NCBI RefSeq assembly: GCF_009914755.1
Contig: NC_060930.1
Reading direction: 5' to 3' (one strand)
DNA: 64,000 nt
Source of the DNA: the human T2T-CHM13v2.0 reference genome, Homo sapiens
Below are positions 40,150 to 53,745 of this stretch, one piece after another; position 1 is the first letter of the stretch; every line of letters begins with the position of its first letter. Made by a program: the position numbers and the translations under genes. A model generated the notes under the pieces. The model saw nothing but the letters and a program-made list of their open reading frames with translations, ran no database searches and had not been told where the DNA came from.

Positions 40150-40898
40150 ATATCAATGAACAAAAATCAAAGAAAGATCCTAAAATCATAGGTATCTCAT
40201 TCTAGCAGAGGAAGACAAATAGTAAGTAATAAACACAGTAAGCAAAAGATGTAAGATAAATATGTAGTATATCTCAGGTGAAAATTGTAAAAATATGTAG
40301 AACAGAGTATAGGCAATCAGCAGGAATGATGGATTCACACGGGGAGGATGGGAGTTGCCTATATTAAATAGAGCAGCCTGGAAATTTTTAGCAAAGATTT
40401 GAAGAAAATAAAGAGGCTTATGGATTTACAGGGAAAAAGCATACCAAGCAGCAGAAACAACTAGAATAAAGAACTTTATGCAGGAGAGTGACTGGGCTAT
40501 TTGAGGAATAGCAAGGAGGCTGGTATGGCTGGAGTGGGTACCAAGAGAGATCAGGAGATAAAGTCAGAGACTAAATGTGGCCCAGAACCCATAGAGCTTT
40601 GTAAACTATGGTAAAGACTTCAGCTTTTTCTCTGAGTGAAATGGAAAATCACTGCAGCATTTTGAGTGGACAAGTGACATGGTCTGCCTTACATTTTAAA
40701 AGAATTTCACTGTTGCCACAATGAAAATCAAGGGTAAGGGACAAAGATAAAGGAAAGTATGAAAGCAGTTTGGAGGCTATGAGCCTGAGAGAATTTCTTG
40801 GCAAATTGGATGTGTGTGTGAGAGAAAGAGAGAAATCAAGAATGGTTCCAAAGCTTTTGCCCAGATTAACTGAAGGATGCAATTTTCACCCACTGAGG
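40150..40898 (-). mobile_element. L2
   Basis: 'ttgaggaatagcaaggaggctggtatggctggagt', 'ggtaaagacttcagctttttctctgagtga'. Confidence 0.75.
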
Positions 40899-40899
40899 C

Positions 40900-42750
40900 A
40901 GTTATACCTATCACAGTTCCATTTAACATTGGCCTATGTAGAAAGCTGATAGATCATAGAGAATGATAGTGGCCTATCATGAGCTCAATCAAGAAGTGTC
41001 TCCAATTACATTTGCTCCTTAATGAAGATGGGAAATATAGTTCTTGACACCTGGAAAATTAGCTATCAAGCTGATTAATGCACTTTTTTCTCAATACCAA
41101 TAAACAAAGAGCATCAGAAGCCACTTACTTTCAGCTAGCAGCGTATAACAGCACTGTTTTGCCACAAGGCTTCATTAATTCCTGGGCTTGACTCCATAAT
41201 TTAGCTCAGTGTGACCTTAATTATCTTGCTTCCTATAGGAAATCATGCTGGTCCATCCATTGATTGTCTATGCTGATAAAGTATATTGATTGGTAAGTAC
41301 TAGATATACTAGATACCTTGAAAGATACATGCATGGTAGGCAGTGGAAAATAAACTGAAGGACTTTCAGGTTTTTGCCACTGAAATACATTTTCTGACTG
41401 TTCAGTTGTCTTGAGAATGTTGTAATGCTTTCTCCAAAGTGCAAAATAAGTTGCATCTTTGACTCCTTAGCTCTAAGAAAAAGGAACAATGCATGCTGGA
41501 CCAATTCAGATCTCCTTAACTCTGGGAAAAAGAAACAATACATGCTGGACAAATTTGGATTATATATACATATATATCTGGAAATGCTGCTGCTACTAAT
41601 TTACTTAGTAACCCACAAGACTGAGAGCTTTGGGTGTGATTCAGAAAAATGTAGGTCTTCCAGCTGGTCCAGGCTGTAGTGCAAGGAGTGTTGCCGCTTG
41701 TGCTTATGATTCATTGAATTCGAGAGTGTGTAATGTGCCTCTTGTCAGATTGCAGTACTCTGTGGACACTACGTCAAACACTGATGGGGAATTGCACTGT
41801 GAACCAATGGTGTTTGGGAGGAAAATTCATGCTTTCCGAGTTAAGAACCTGAACTTCTCATACTGAACCCAGTGTCATCTCATTCACGAAGCCATAATGT
41901 TGGGCATGTCCAGGATTGTGTGGAAGAATCATTACAGAAGAGGCCTAGAAAGTAAAAGTTTCTGATTCTGATATGAAAACTCAGTGCAAATGAGGAAACA
42001 CTCAATGGTCGGTTATTTTTAAAAAACCTATTCTATCAATGTCAGCCATTGTTTTTTACTATATTAACCTCAGTGTTTGCTCATTGAACTTGTTAAGTAA
42101 GAGATTAAAAAAACATATTTTGCATGAATTTTCCAAAAAGTACCACCCTCCACCCTCTCTGGCTTCTCCCCGACCTCTCTATTTAATCTGACTACAGGCA
42201 CTGCTGAGTACCTTATCTACTAGGAGCAAAGAACAATATTCAGTCACCTGGTGATAAGCCAGTTACATTGGATCTCTTTTGTCATGGAGAATACATTAGA
42301 CAGAATTTTTCCTCAGTGAGTAGATTCTTATAGTAGATACTGATTTGGGTTTTCTGCCTACTTCTGCCATACACAACTCCTCAGTAGTTAGAAACTTTGT
42401 TTATTATTGCAACGTTCTACACAGTATTTCTTTTGACTAAGGAGCTCAGTATATATATAGAGAAGAAAGGCAGAAGGCTGATGTCATAATATTCAATGAT
42501 TTTTCCCTATTATATACTCCATCACCCAGAAGCAACTAACCAAGAAGAAGGGTGAAATAAAATATTAAAGACTCATTTATGGCGGCTCTAGCTGGGAGAC
42601 AATACTTTGTGAGATTGGGCTAATACACAAAAGGATGCAGCCTCCACTATGTGATGTTTTTTCTTCCTTAGCCAAAATAAATGGATCTAGGTACCAAAAA
42701 GCCAAATGGGGAGTGGTACATCTGACTCTTTCACCTAATGACCCACAAAT
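40900..42750 (+). mobile_element. ERV-L internal pol fossil (RT and integrase remnants, many stops and frameshifts)
   Basis: S*RMIVAYHELNQEVSPIT (40954), FSIPINKEHQK, TVLPQGFINS (41153), YIGSL (~42263), HHPEA (42520) match ERV-L RT/IN motifs. Confidence 0.8.
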
Positions 42751-42779
42751 GCTGATAATAAATTTATGCAGGACGTGCT

Positions 42780-43360
42780 CTGCTTTTTTATACCTATTGA
42801 GAAAATAATATTTACTCTTTTCCTTTAAACTGATAAGATGTAGTATTTAAATGCTATATATTTTTAAGGAAAAATCAAGCATTTATTTCTATGATAAACC
42901 TGAATATCACCATTTTGGTAATCTAATTTCTAGGAATTTACCATCTAAATGTATTAATGGCCATTTTTTTCTTTATTGTGCCTCCTTTGTTAAAATTTTT
43001 ATCATTAATATTTAGGCAACACAACTTATAAAATTAATTAAGGCGTGTTCCTTCATTTTCCCTTCTTTGAAAGAATGAGGTTAAAGTTGAAATTACCACT
43101 TCTTAAATGCAAAATATCCTATCAAACCATATGAGCTTGTTTTATTTATTTATTTTGAGGAGATATTTTTAAATTACTTAATATGATTAATAATTATATT
43201 ATTCAAGTTTTCTACCACTTCTAGTTCAGTCAAGAAATCTGTTTATCTATGTTAAAATTTCCCAAATTTATTGGCATATAACTGCTTGTCATAATTTCTT
43301 ATTTTTTATGTCAGGTTCATAGATTTGTATGTCCTCTGTTTACTCATGTCTTGTTCATAT
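42780..43360 (-). mobile_element. Old L1M ORF2 fragment
   Basis: T-rich antisense L1 'aaatttattggcatataactg', 'ccttcattttcc...ttgaaagaat'. Confidence 0.5.
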
Positions 43361-43502
43361 TTTGTTCCATACGCCAAATGTGTCCCAGATTTTCACATTC
43401 TAAAACGTTTACATACACAAACACACAACCATTTATACAATCTATCCCTCAAACCAAAACCTACTTCTCACCTTTCACAAACAGCTTTACAAGGTAGGGA
43501 AC

Positions 43503-44917
43503 GTTGTTGGATCCTGCGGTAGCTCTCTTTTTAGAGGAATCACCGTTTTTCATGGTAGCTGCACAATTCTATATTCTTTTCAATAATGTGTAGGAATTGC
43601 AGTTTCTCTTCATCCTTACCAACACTTATCTTTTGCTTTTTGAAAATAATCATTCTAATAAGTGTGAAGTAGTATCTCCTTGTGATTTTGGTCTGCCTTT
43701 TCCTGATGATTTTTAATGTTAAGCATTTTTTCAAATCCCTGGTGACAATGTGTATAAGACCTTATGCCTATTCAACTCCTTTCCCCTCTTTTTAAACAGA
43801 TTATTTGAGGGTTCTTTGTTTTTTCTACTGAGTTGTAGGAGATTCTTATATGTTTTAGATATTAATATCTTATTAAATAGATTGGTTTGCAAATATTTTC
43901 TCCCATTTCACTTTGTTGCAATTTCACTTTGTTGACTATTTTCTTTGCTGTGCATAAAATTTTTAGTCTGGTGTAGTCCAACTAGACTGTTTGGCTTAAC
44001 AAAAAAACAAAATCCTGTGCTTGTGGTGTCAAAAAAATTTTTAAAAATCATTGCCAAGACCAGTGTTAAGAAGTTTTTTTCCCTGTGTTTTCTTCAAGAA
44101 GTTTTACAGTGTCAGAACTTATGTTTAAGTTGTCAAACCATTTTGAGTAGATTTTTGTGTATAATATAAAATAGGGATCCCATTTTATTCTTTTGCATGT
44201 AGATATCTCATTTTTTCAGCATTGTTTTTTGAAGTGACTATCCTTTTCTCATTGTGTATTCTGGACACACTTGTGGAGGACCATATATGCCCATGCTTAT
44301 TTCTGGGTACTTTATTCCGTTTCATTGGTCTATGTGTCTGGCTTTATGCCAGTATCACTGTTTTGATTACTCTAGCTTTGAAATCAAGAAGGGTGATGTC
44401 TTCAGCATTGTTCCTCTTTCTCACTTTGTCTATTTGGGATCTTTTTTGTTTCACATTAATTTTAGATTTTTTTTTTCTGTTTCTGTAAAATATGGCTTTT
44501 GAATTTTGATAGGAATTGCATTGAATCTGTACATCACTTTGGGTAAACATTTAAGCAATATTAAGTCTTCCAATCTGGAAACATGAGATATCTTTTTGTT
44601 TGTTTGTATCTGCTTTCATTTTCGTGTTTTATAGTTTTTAGTATGGAAGTCTCTCATTTCCTTGGTTAAGTTTCTTTCTAAATATTTTATATTTTTATGC
44701 TATTATAAATTGTATTGTTTTATTAATCTACTTTTTCGATAGTTCATTGTTAGTATATAGAAATACAGGTAATTTTTGAATGTTGATTTTTTATCTTGTG
44801 ACTTTGCTGAATTTGTATATTAGTTCTAATAGTTTTGAGGGGTTTTTTTGTGCATGATGTCTTTAGGGTTTTCTATATAAGATCATGTCTTCTGCAAAAA
44901 AAGAAGATTTTACTTCT
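43503..44917 (-). mobile_element. L1MA/MB ORF2, inverted 5' part
   Basis: ORF2 remnants (ITLLDFK, RYYFTLIRM); ends in 'gatcatgtcttctgcaaa' (FAEDMI on - strand). Confidence 0.85.
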
Positions 44918-45655
44918 GAATATGGAAACCATCCAAACATCTATTGACAGATAAACAGATTTTTAAAAAGCGGTATATACATTCAGTGAAATACTATTTA
45001 GCAATTTGAAAATGGAGGAAATTCTACATCTTGTGAAAATGTGAATGAACCTAGAGGGCATTATGCTAAGTGAAATAACCCAGTCACAGAAGGATAAATA
45101 CTGCATGACTACACTTATATGAGGTATCTAAAATAGTCAAACTCACAGAAGCAGAGAATAGAGTGGTGGTTGCCAGGTGTTTGGGGAAAAAGAAAGTGTG
45201 AAATTGTTGCTTAATGGGTACAAAGTTTCAGTTTTACAAGATGGGTTACTTCTAGGGATCTTCTATATAACACAGTGTCTATAGTTAATAAAATATTGTG
45301 CACTTCATTTTTTTGTGTGTGCCTGTGGGTAAGATAGGGGTCCAATTTCATTCTTTTGGAGGTGGACATCCAATTTTCCCCACAACATTTGTTGAAGAAA
45401 CCATTCTCTTCAACAACTTCAACTCTGTCACCTATCCTCTTTGTTAAAAGGATAGATCTCATGTTGCGTTCTTACCACCACCACACACTCACACACAAGA
45501 ACATGGGGAAAAGTTTTAAGATGATTAATATGTTTAATTCTTTGATTGTAATGACAATATCATGTGCATATGCATATGTCCAAACTCATCAAAATGTGCA
45601 TATTAAATATAGGCAATTTGTGTGTATCAGTTACACTTCAACAAAAATTTTAAAA
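44918..45655 (+). mobile_element. L1MA/MB 3' end (same element), with a 135-bp antisense insert
   Basis: 'gctaagtgaaataacccagtcacagaaggataaatactgcatg', 'aatgggtacaaagtttcag'; TSD-like 43486-43502 / 45649-45665. Confidence 0.85.
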
Positions 45656-46941
45656 GCTAGGGTACAGTAGTGAGCAAAAATATATTATATGTTTGGTCAT
45701 ATAATGCTACATTAAAAATCACGTAGTGGGATAACGATGATCTGTTAATCTGCTTCTCAGGATTCTGTAGGTAAGCTAGAAGATCCCTATTGTTGCTTAC
45801 TCCTAGCCTACCCATGTGTCTGCATTTAATAAGAGAGTTGGATAGGCCGAGTGGCCCAAGATGTTTTTCACTCACATGCCTGGCAGTTGGTTGGGACATC
45901 TTGGTTCTACTCCATGCGGCCTCTCTTCTATGCTGGGCTAAATTGGCTTCCTATCCTGGAGTCTAATTGTAGCATTCCAAGGAGCAAAGGTGTAATGTGA
46001 AAGACCTCTGTGGCCTAGACTCCAGAACTTGTCATTTCTACTACATTGTGTGGATCAGAACAACTCAAAAAAATACCCTAGATTCAAGGAGAAGGGAAAC
46101 AGTCCCCATCTATTGATGGGAGAAACTCAGAAAAACAAAAAACAAAAAACAAAACAAAACAAAAACTATGGCATTATTTAATCTACTCTAGTCTACCTTC
46201 TTATCACAATTATTTATATACTCCCTATATGGAAAATGTGTTCACCTTTCCAAATATCCCCAACATCTCAGAAAATCACGGCATCACACTTGAGGATTTT
46301 AACCTCATAACCTGCGTTAGGTCTGGGTCAGGCTTCTCAGATGTGAGTTCTCTGATGTTATTTCTCTTGACAGATCTGTGAAATAAAAAGACAAGATATC
46401 TACTTCCCCTCCCCTAACATATAATGAGGAAACAGGAACAGAACAATGATTACAGTAGACATTTCCATGTTTAAAAAATGTGGGGTGAAAATGGGGAATC
46501 ATAGCAGTCAATGGTCTACAGCATTCCAGCTCTTCTGAAATTTAGCTGGGGTATGTGCCATCAGCTCTCCTTACTCTTAGAACAGGAAACAATACTTGAG
46601 GATGATTCATTTTCTCCTCAGTTCTTGACTCTGCCCTCTAGGCTTTGAGCTCATGACCTATGGCTCATGGTTCAGTCCTCTAGAGACATTCTTCCTTTTT
46701 TAAAAAATAAGAAATGGTCCATGTTTGCAGTTGAGTAGTTTTTCCAGAGGCCTATGTTCATTTTGATCTGTCACTGTTCCTTTTATCTTAAGCGGATAAT
46801 GTTTTTGTTGTATCTTTATTTGAAAATCTTCTAGTTTACAATGACATTTCCCCCATCATCCAAAAATTACAACCATAATCTATTTTGAGGCAGACCTTTT
46901 TCTACTTGAGCAGTGTGTGAAAGTTGTAAGGTATAATGCCT

Positions 46942-47295
46942 TGCTACGGTTTGAATGTGCCTGTCCAAAATTCAGGTGTTGCCAATACGATAGTATTAAT
47001 ATGTGAAGTCTAAAAGAAGTGATTAGGCCATGAGGGCTTCTCTCTTGTTAATGAGATTTAGGCCCTAATAAAAGAGGCTTCACTCAGCATTTGCTTCGTT
47101 TGCTCTTCTGCTCTTCTGCTATGTAACGATGTAGCAAGAAGGCCCTCACTGGATGCTAGGGTCTTGATCTTGGACTTCCTATTTTCCAGCACCATGAGAA
47201 ATAAATTTCTTTTCTTTACAAATTACTCAATCTCAGATATCCTGGTATAGCAGTACCAAAAACAAAAAATAGACTAACAAACAAAAGCTAAGACA
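46942..47295 (+). mobile_element. MSTC-like solo LTR
   Basis: tgctacggtttgaatgtg...aaaattcaggtgttgccaat...gctaagaca. Confidence 0.85.
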
Positions 47296-48216
47296 CACCC
47301 TTATGATTCTCATAATAACTATTTGTTTCAGTTGAGAGGGTCTACTAAGTAGCAATCTTAATTTTTGGAATCAATCTTAACACCATAAAGCCATTTCTTA
47401 TTTTGAAATATTTCTTTTATAAAGAAAAATGGAGAAGAGAAACAGGTTTATTTTCCAACACAAAATATGAACTGAGTCTTCTGAAAATTTTCATTGCTCC
47501 TTGAATTTTAGTTTATCTCTGCATTCTCATACCTTATCATATAAAGTTATCAGATGCCAGTTTACAGTTTTGACATGTTATGTGCAAAATTCCTTGACCA
47601 GATTCACAAATATACTAGGTACATTTCTTATCTTGCAAGTGTTTCAGGTGGCATTGTTGTAAATTGTTCTTCTATTACACACTGTAGGTCACCTTTTCTC
47701 AAGGCTTCAATAGCAATGGACACTCAGAATCCACTTACTCTCTCCTTGATACTTTTGTAGTCTCTTTTTACCACCTACTCCCAAAACCAAGGCCATATGT
47801 TTTAGATTTTGTACTGTCAGCAATGCAGTTTTAGGGACCAACTTCTATATCAATTACTTATTGTTGCACAACAAACTACCTCAAAACTAAGTGGTTTAAA
47901 ACTACAATTATATATTAATTCTCAGGGTCCTATGCATTGTCTTGGTGTGTCCTCTGCACTTTTGGCTTGGTGGGAAGGTATATTGTAGCTTCATCACATC
48001 TTTGAGAATTAGTGCTGATTCTTAGCTGGGACATTTTAATTCTCTTCTCAGTGGGCTCTCATTCTTTAACAGGCTGGACTAGATCCTTACCTGCTGTTTC
48101 AGGATAGTATTTTTAACAGGGTAAAGGTGGAAGTTGCAAGGTCTCTTGAGGCCTAGGCTCCAGATTTCAAGCATATTCTGTCGGTTAAAGTAAATCACAA
48201 AGTCAGCATAAATTTA

Positions 48217-48521
<305 letters not shown>

Positions 48522-48629
48522 AAGATAATGGAAAAATAGACTGTACTCCTAGATAAGAGGCACAGCCAATGCAAAAGAATATACAAACTGAAAAATAATT
48601 TGTGCTTGTTCAGAGGAAACATTTGGAGG

Positions 48630-48820
48630 TAATTGCCCGAATTCAAATTCTGGCTCCATTAATCATGGTACTGTATTCTTGGATTAACTACTTAGTTTCT
48701 TTCTGGCTTAGCTTTATCATCTCTAAAGTGGAACTAATAATCATACTTGCCTCATATGGTTATTATTGTGGATTAAATGTGAAACTGTATGTAACACCCT
48801 AAAAATGCTCGCTGTTAGTA
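48630..48820 (+). mobile_element. MIR
   Basis: 'ttcaaattctggctcca...catctctaaagtggaactaataat...gcctcatatggttatt'. Confidence 0.7.
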
Positions 48821-49039
48821 TTCCACTTGCTGCTTCCACTTCATTATCTCCCATTCAGTCTTTATTCTTCTGTAGTCATGCTGCTGCTATTATTTTACTG
48901 AGTCAGATTGTGTAAAGGTCATCAGTCATCCCCAGATATGTTGAACTGTTTTGTCATAAGTTGTTAATAATACTCCATTCCTGTGGAAACATTTATTGAT
49001 GTTCCTGACTGCCCTATAGCAGGACCTTCCAAGGTCTCC

Positions 49040-49500
49040 TGTTTCTCTTCCTATTCTTTTATTTTAATTGTTCCCCAGTGTTCTGTCTTTCTGTCCATTT
49101 TCCTTCTTTGTTCTCTCTCACTGGCCAGTTTCATCCAGTCCCATTGTTGAAACTATCAACACATATTAATACTATGTGAATATCTATCTTTCTCAGTATT
49201 ACTTCAATTTCTAGCTGCTCACTTGGCATCTCAGCCAATATGATCTTCAAATCCACTAAAAATGTTGTTATTAAACTATACTGCATTCTGTAATCCAGTC
49301 ATGGGAATCTGTATTGGCATCAATGCTACTGCTCAGAGTTGAACAAACTTGTTTTCTTTTTCCTGTAACTTATTCTATACAGCTACCATTTCCACATCCA
49401 AAACATCAGTCTTGATAACATTTCTCCATTTGTCTATTAGTCCCCATCGTTGGTCTTTCCATCCACACCAATAACCTATCTTCCCCTCTGTTGCTTCAGT
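49040..49500 (+). mobile_element. L2 fragment
   Basis: 'catccagtccca', 'tctagctgctcacttggcatctc'. Confidence 0.45.
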
Positions 49501-49571
49501 TATTTGTGTATATACCTCTACTAGAAAGTTTTTATTACAACTCATTGAATGTACAATTAAGAAGAAAAACT

Positions 49572-49888
49572 GGCCAAGTGCAGTGTCTCATGCCTGTAAT
49601 CCCACAGTTTGGGAGGTGGAAGCAGGAGGATTGCTTGAGCCCAGGAGTTCGAGACTAGCCTGGGCAACATGGTGAAACCTAGTGTCTACAAAAAACGTAC
49701 AAAAAATTAGCTGGATGTGGGGGTGAATGCCAGTAGTCCCAGCTACACAGGAGGCTGAGGTGGTAGGCTCACCTGAGCCCAGGGATGTCAAGGCTGCAGT
49801 GAGCCATGATTACTCCACTGCACTCCAGCCTAGGCAACAGAGTGAGACTCTGTCTCAAACAAACAAACAAACAAACAAACAAACAAAA
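49572..49888 (+). mobile_element. AluJ with (CAAA)n tail
   Basis: 'ggaggattgcttgagcccaggagttcgag', 'gtcaaggctgcagtgagccatg'. Confidence 0.95.
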
Positions 49889-52315
49889 GGTGAAAACCCT
49901 TTGGGGGGAATTAAATTTCCTTCATGGTCTGTCCTCACCTATATTACAACACTCTTTCTCTACTCTCATCGCCTCCCCTTCCCCTCTGTCTTTATTCTAG
50001 TGGCATAGGTATATACATACCCAGCTCTGAATGCTTCTCATATTGTCTCAATCCCAAGTTTCTTTCATTTTTTGCTCTTTATTTTATTGTGCCTGAAGTA
50101 TGTTTCTCTGCCTCCTTCACTTCTTTGTTTGAGTGTGTGCAGATTAAATATCACTCACTAGAGTGTAAACTCCCTGAGAGTAGGATAATTTTTAATACAT
50201 TTTTGTGCACATGACACCTAGCAACATGTTTGTCTTGTAGCATGCTTGAACACTGGATTTTAAATGGATGAAAAACTGTTGGTGGAGAGTCATTTTATCT
50301 CCAGTGGTCATTTGTTTCCCCCCTTTATTCTCAAAGCATTTCATGCTTCTTTCAAAGTTTTTATTGTAGCTTACTTGAATTATAGTTAGTGAAGAATATT
50401 CTGTCTTATCCACTAGCTTCTGATTATCTCCATGGGCAGAGGCTGAGCTTTACTCATCCTGACATTGCAGTGTTTAGTATATAACACCACACATGTAATG
50501 CTGAAGAAATGAATGAATGCCCTCCCAGCCACATGTCCTGGAGTTCACCAATTATTTCTTTGGTCTCTGAGTTGCTGGCCACCACATAATCCTTATGATG
50601 GCCTTCTCTTTCAACCACTGATAATAATAAAGCATTATAATAAATACATAAAAATATTAAATTAATTTTATAGAAAGTAGTGTTTGAGTACATGTGGGAA
50701 TAATTAACAAAAGTCGTTAATTAATAAGTCAGTGCCAAAATCAAAAAGCACATAATAACTAAATGTGTGCAGTAGTAATTTATTTTATGTGAAAATACTA
50801 AAAATATATAGAAATATCCAACTAATAGTATTATTTCAAGGTGTTGGAACAATAGTTATAAAACAAAATCAAAATAATGTATCTAGCATTGTAAGCTAAA
50901 GATCTTGATATACATATTAATTGGATATAATTTTTAAAATATTAAGGGCTGAAATTGCATACTTAGAATTGTGTAATTCCATTCAGCCTTCTTTTAATGT
51001 GTAAATCAATAAAAACAAATGTAAAACACATGTATAAGAGAAGAAATTTAGGCAGAATGCTTTTAATCTCAGAGGAAATGAGTTCTAATAGTGTTCTCAT
51101 TGGGAATACTGTAACTCTCATTGAGAATAAATACAGTGACTGTATTTATATAATCTTGAAAAGAAAGAAATGGGTGATGGTCATAAAACTCTCCTGATGG
51201 TCCGGCACTGCTAATTTAAAAGAAGGAAGTCAGGGATTAAAGTTAATGAGGGGGTGAGCCTCCATGCAATTTAGTTAAACTGTTTAACACAAAAGCTGGT
51301 AGAAATATGGAAAGAGAGTACTAGAGGGAGCAACAGAAGAAAAGGCTGTAAATCAGTCTACGAAAAAGAAAAGAGAAAAACAGAACACCCTTTTAGAGGA
51401 AATGAGAATCACATAGTTTCATCATTTGATAGATTAGAGCAATCAAAGGGAAGGGAATTGCCAAATTCAGTCATTTGATAGATTGGAGGAATCACAATAA
51501 AGACATAAAGGTAAATTTGTATTTCTCATGAGGGCAATTAAAGTGGATTATTAGGTACTCCCATGGCTGTTAAATATTATGTTGACTTTAATTTTTCCCT
51601 GGGTGCCTGAGAATGTGTCTTTTCTGATCATAGAAGGAGCGAAGTTACTTCTAGACCTTTTTTTTTCAGACTGCCTGGAAGTCAAAACTGTATTACTCTC
51701 TAGGAGCAAATAACCATTTTCAGAGTTAGTAGCTGCTACAGCAGTAATAAAATTTTCACTACCCACATAGAGTAACTTGAGTTGAAGTTGGACAAGACCC
51801 TCAGGTAGAAGTAATGAAGTAATCTGTAAAAAGAATCTGTTCATTTCATTCCTTTATTTTTATGCAGTTATTTAATAACCATCACATGCCTACTGTGAAG
51901 TTATTTTAGCCTGTTATAATCCAATGGTTAAGTGTTGACATTGAATATAGTGAAAAGCTTGAAAAACCAGTGATTTTCAAGATTTTCAGGGTTCTTGAAA
52001 GATTTTGAAGTCCTTATCTGGGCTTTTCATAAGAACTTTTTAATATCAGTTATATTTTAAAGGTCTCCTTCTATAGCATCAAAACATTTTTCAGTCAATT
52101 CTGATTACATTTTGTTTTAAACTAGCTGGTCTTGTGTTCATAAATATAATTTACATAGAATGGGTAGGAAGCAGTTAAAAAGTAAAACCCAGTGTTCCTG
52201 TACCTAGAAAAATGTTGACAATTAGAATTTAGGAGATCTTGTAAAATCAATGACTTTTGCACTGTAGGAAGATTTTATGAGGCTGTATTCTACCTGAATG
52301 CAGTCCTTTTCCTGC

Positions 52316-53106
52316 CGAAGCAGGATATCTCCCTTGACCCCTCTGCACGCTGGAACTGGAGTGGATGGGCACTGGCAGGGGCAACCTCTACTCACTTAAA
52401 CCCGCTGTGCTCAACCCCCCACGGGAGAGAGAACGCGAGTGAGCAGGTGCAGGAGCCAGGGCGAGTACTTCTAGCCCCACGGCAGCACATAAAGGGATGC
52501 CCGTGACCCCTGGAGCTTCAGAAGGAATGTTATAGTCAGTGCTCTTTTAGCTTTGCCATCCACAGATGGCTTAAGTGTTCACAGCTCAGTGGAGGGTCAG
52601 TGTGACAGCCTTTTGCATCCACACCTGAATTCCTGTCTGGGGTCCAGGAGGAATGAGGTTGCACAAACAAATTGGAGATGATGGATGGGGGGGATTTTAT
52701 TGCCAATGACAGTGGCTCTCAACAGGAAGGGAAGCTGGAAAGGGGACAAAGTGGAGAGGTAATCTTCCCCCAGAGTCCAGCTGTCTGGACTCCTCTCTGA
52801 AGCTACCCAATTAATCTATCACTCTGAAATTAAGCTGGTTCTATCCGACATCCAACAATAGTCTCCAATATCCAGCTGCTTCTCCTCTTCTCCTCCCTCT
52901 GCCCACAGAACCTGAGGTTTTTATGGGCACAGGATGGTGGGGTGGGGCGGGGCAGGCCATGGGCGGTTTTGGAAAAGCCAACATTTGAGCAGGAAAACAG
53001 GAATGTATGTTCTCACTTTGGGCTGCGGTTCTGGGCTTGAGAGTGGGGCCCTCACAAGGCACCCACCCTCTTCTGCCCAGAATTTCCCTGTCTCCTGTTC
53101 CTATCA
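52316..53106 (-). mobile_element. ERV1 solo LTR (MER52/LTR27 group)
   Basis: Termini (c)gaagcaggatat... and ...ctcctgttcctatca; 4-bp TSD CTGC (52312-52315, 53107-53110); GC-rich. Confidence 0.85.
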
Positions 53107-53119
53107 CTGCCAAAGATAG

Positions 53120-53197
53120 GATAGACTATAAAACAGCTATCATCATAGATAGACTATAAAACAGCTATCATAGGATAGACTATGAAACAGCTATCAT
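53120..53197. repeat. 3 x 24-bp tandem repeat gatagactat(a/g)aaacagctatcat
   Basis: Units at 53120, 53148, 53174 with 4-bp and 2-bp linkers. Confidence 0.95.
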
Positions 53198-53745
53198 CAA
53201 AGGACAAACTAGACACCACGAAGATAAAGAGAGTTACGGTGCAGCATAGTTTAGATGGAGATTAGTCATCCTCAGGTGAGAGAAGCACTCTAATTAGATG
53301 AATTTCCTGATCATGGAAGAAGAAAAGTTACTTCTACCTATATCATCTACTTTCATTAAAGACGGAGCATGAAATTTAGGAATATTAACTTCCATAGAAT
53401 ACAGTAGAGGTAAATTGTATTTCAGCTGTTAACATTGTGCAATGCAGAAAGACAGAATTCTTTACAATTGTTAGGGAAAACTTGATAAACAGAGATAATT
53501 CTGATACAGACTAACTTGAAAGAAAGAAATAAGCAGATTACAATGAATGCAGGAAGTTAAAATGGGAAGGGAATAGAACTACTTCTATCAACTACATATG
53601 AGTAAATATTTTACCAGCACTTATGAGGACGGATCAGAAATTAACCCACATATTATATTATATATCTAATTATGATCAATGTATAATTGTTTCTGTATGG
53701 TTCTTCTTTACTATTGAATCCACAAATCTCATTCTGTAATTTATT

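Noticed and set aside
53120-53197. Palindromic-ended repeats superficially like a CRISPR array
   Set aside because: Linkers are 2-4 bp rather than unique spacers, there are no cas genes, and the DNA is primate
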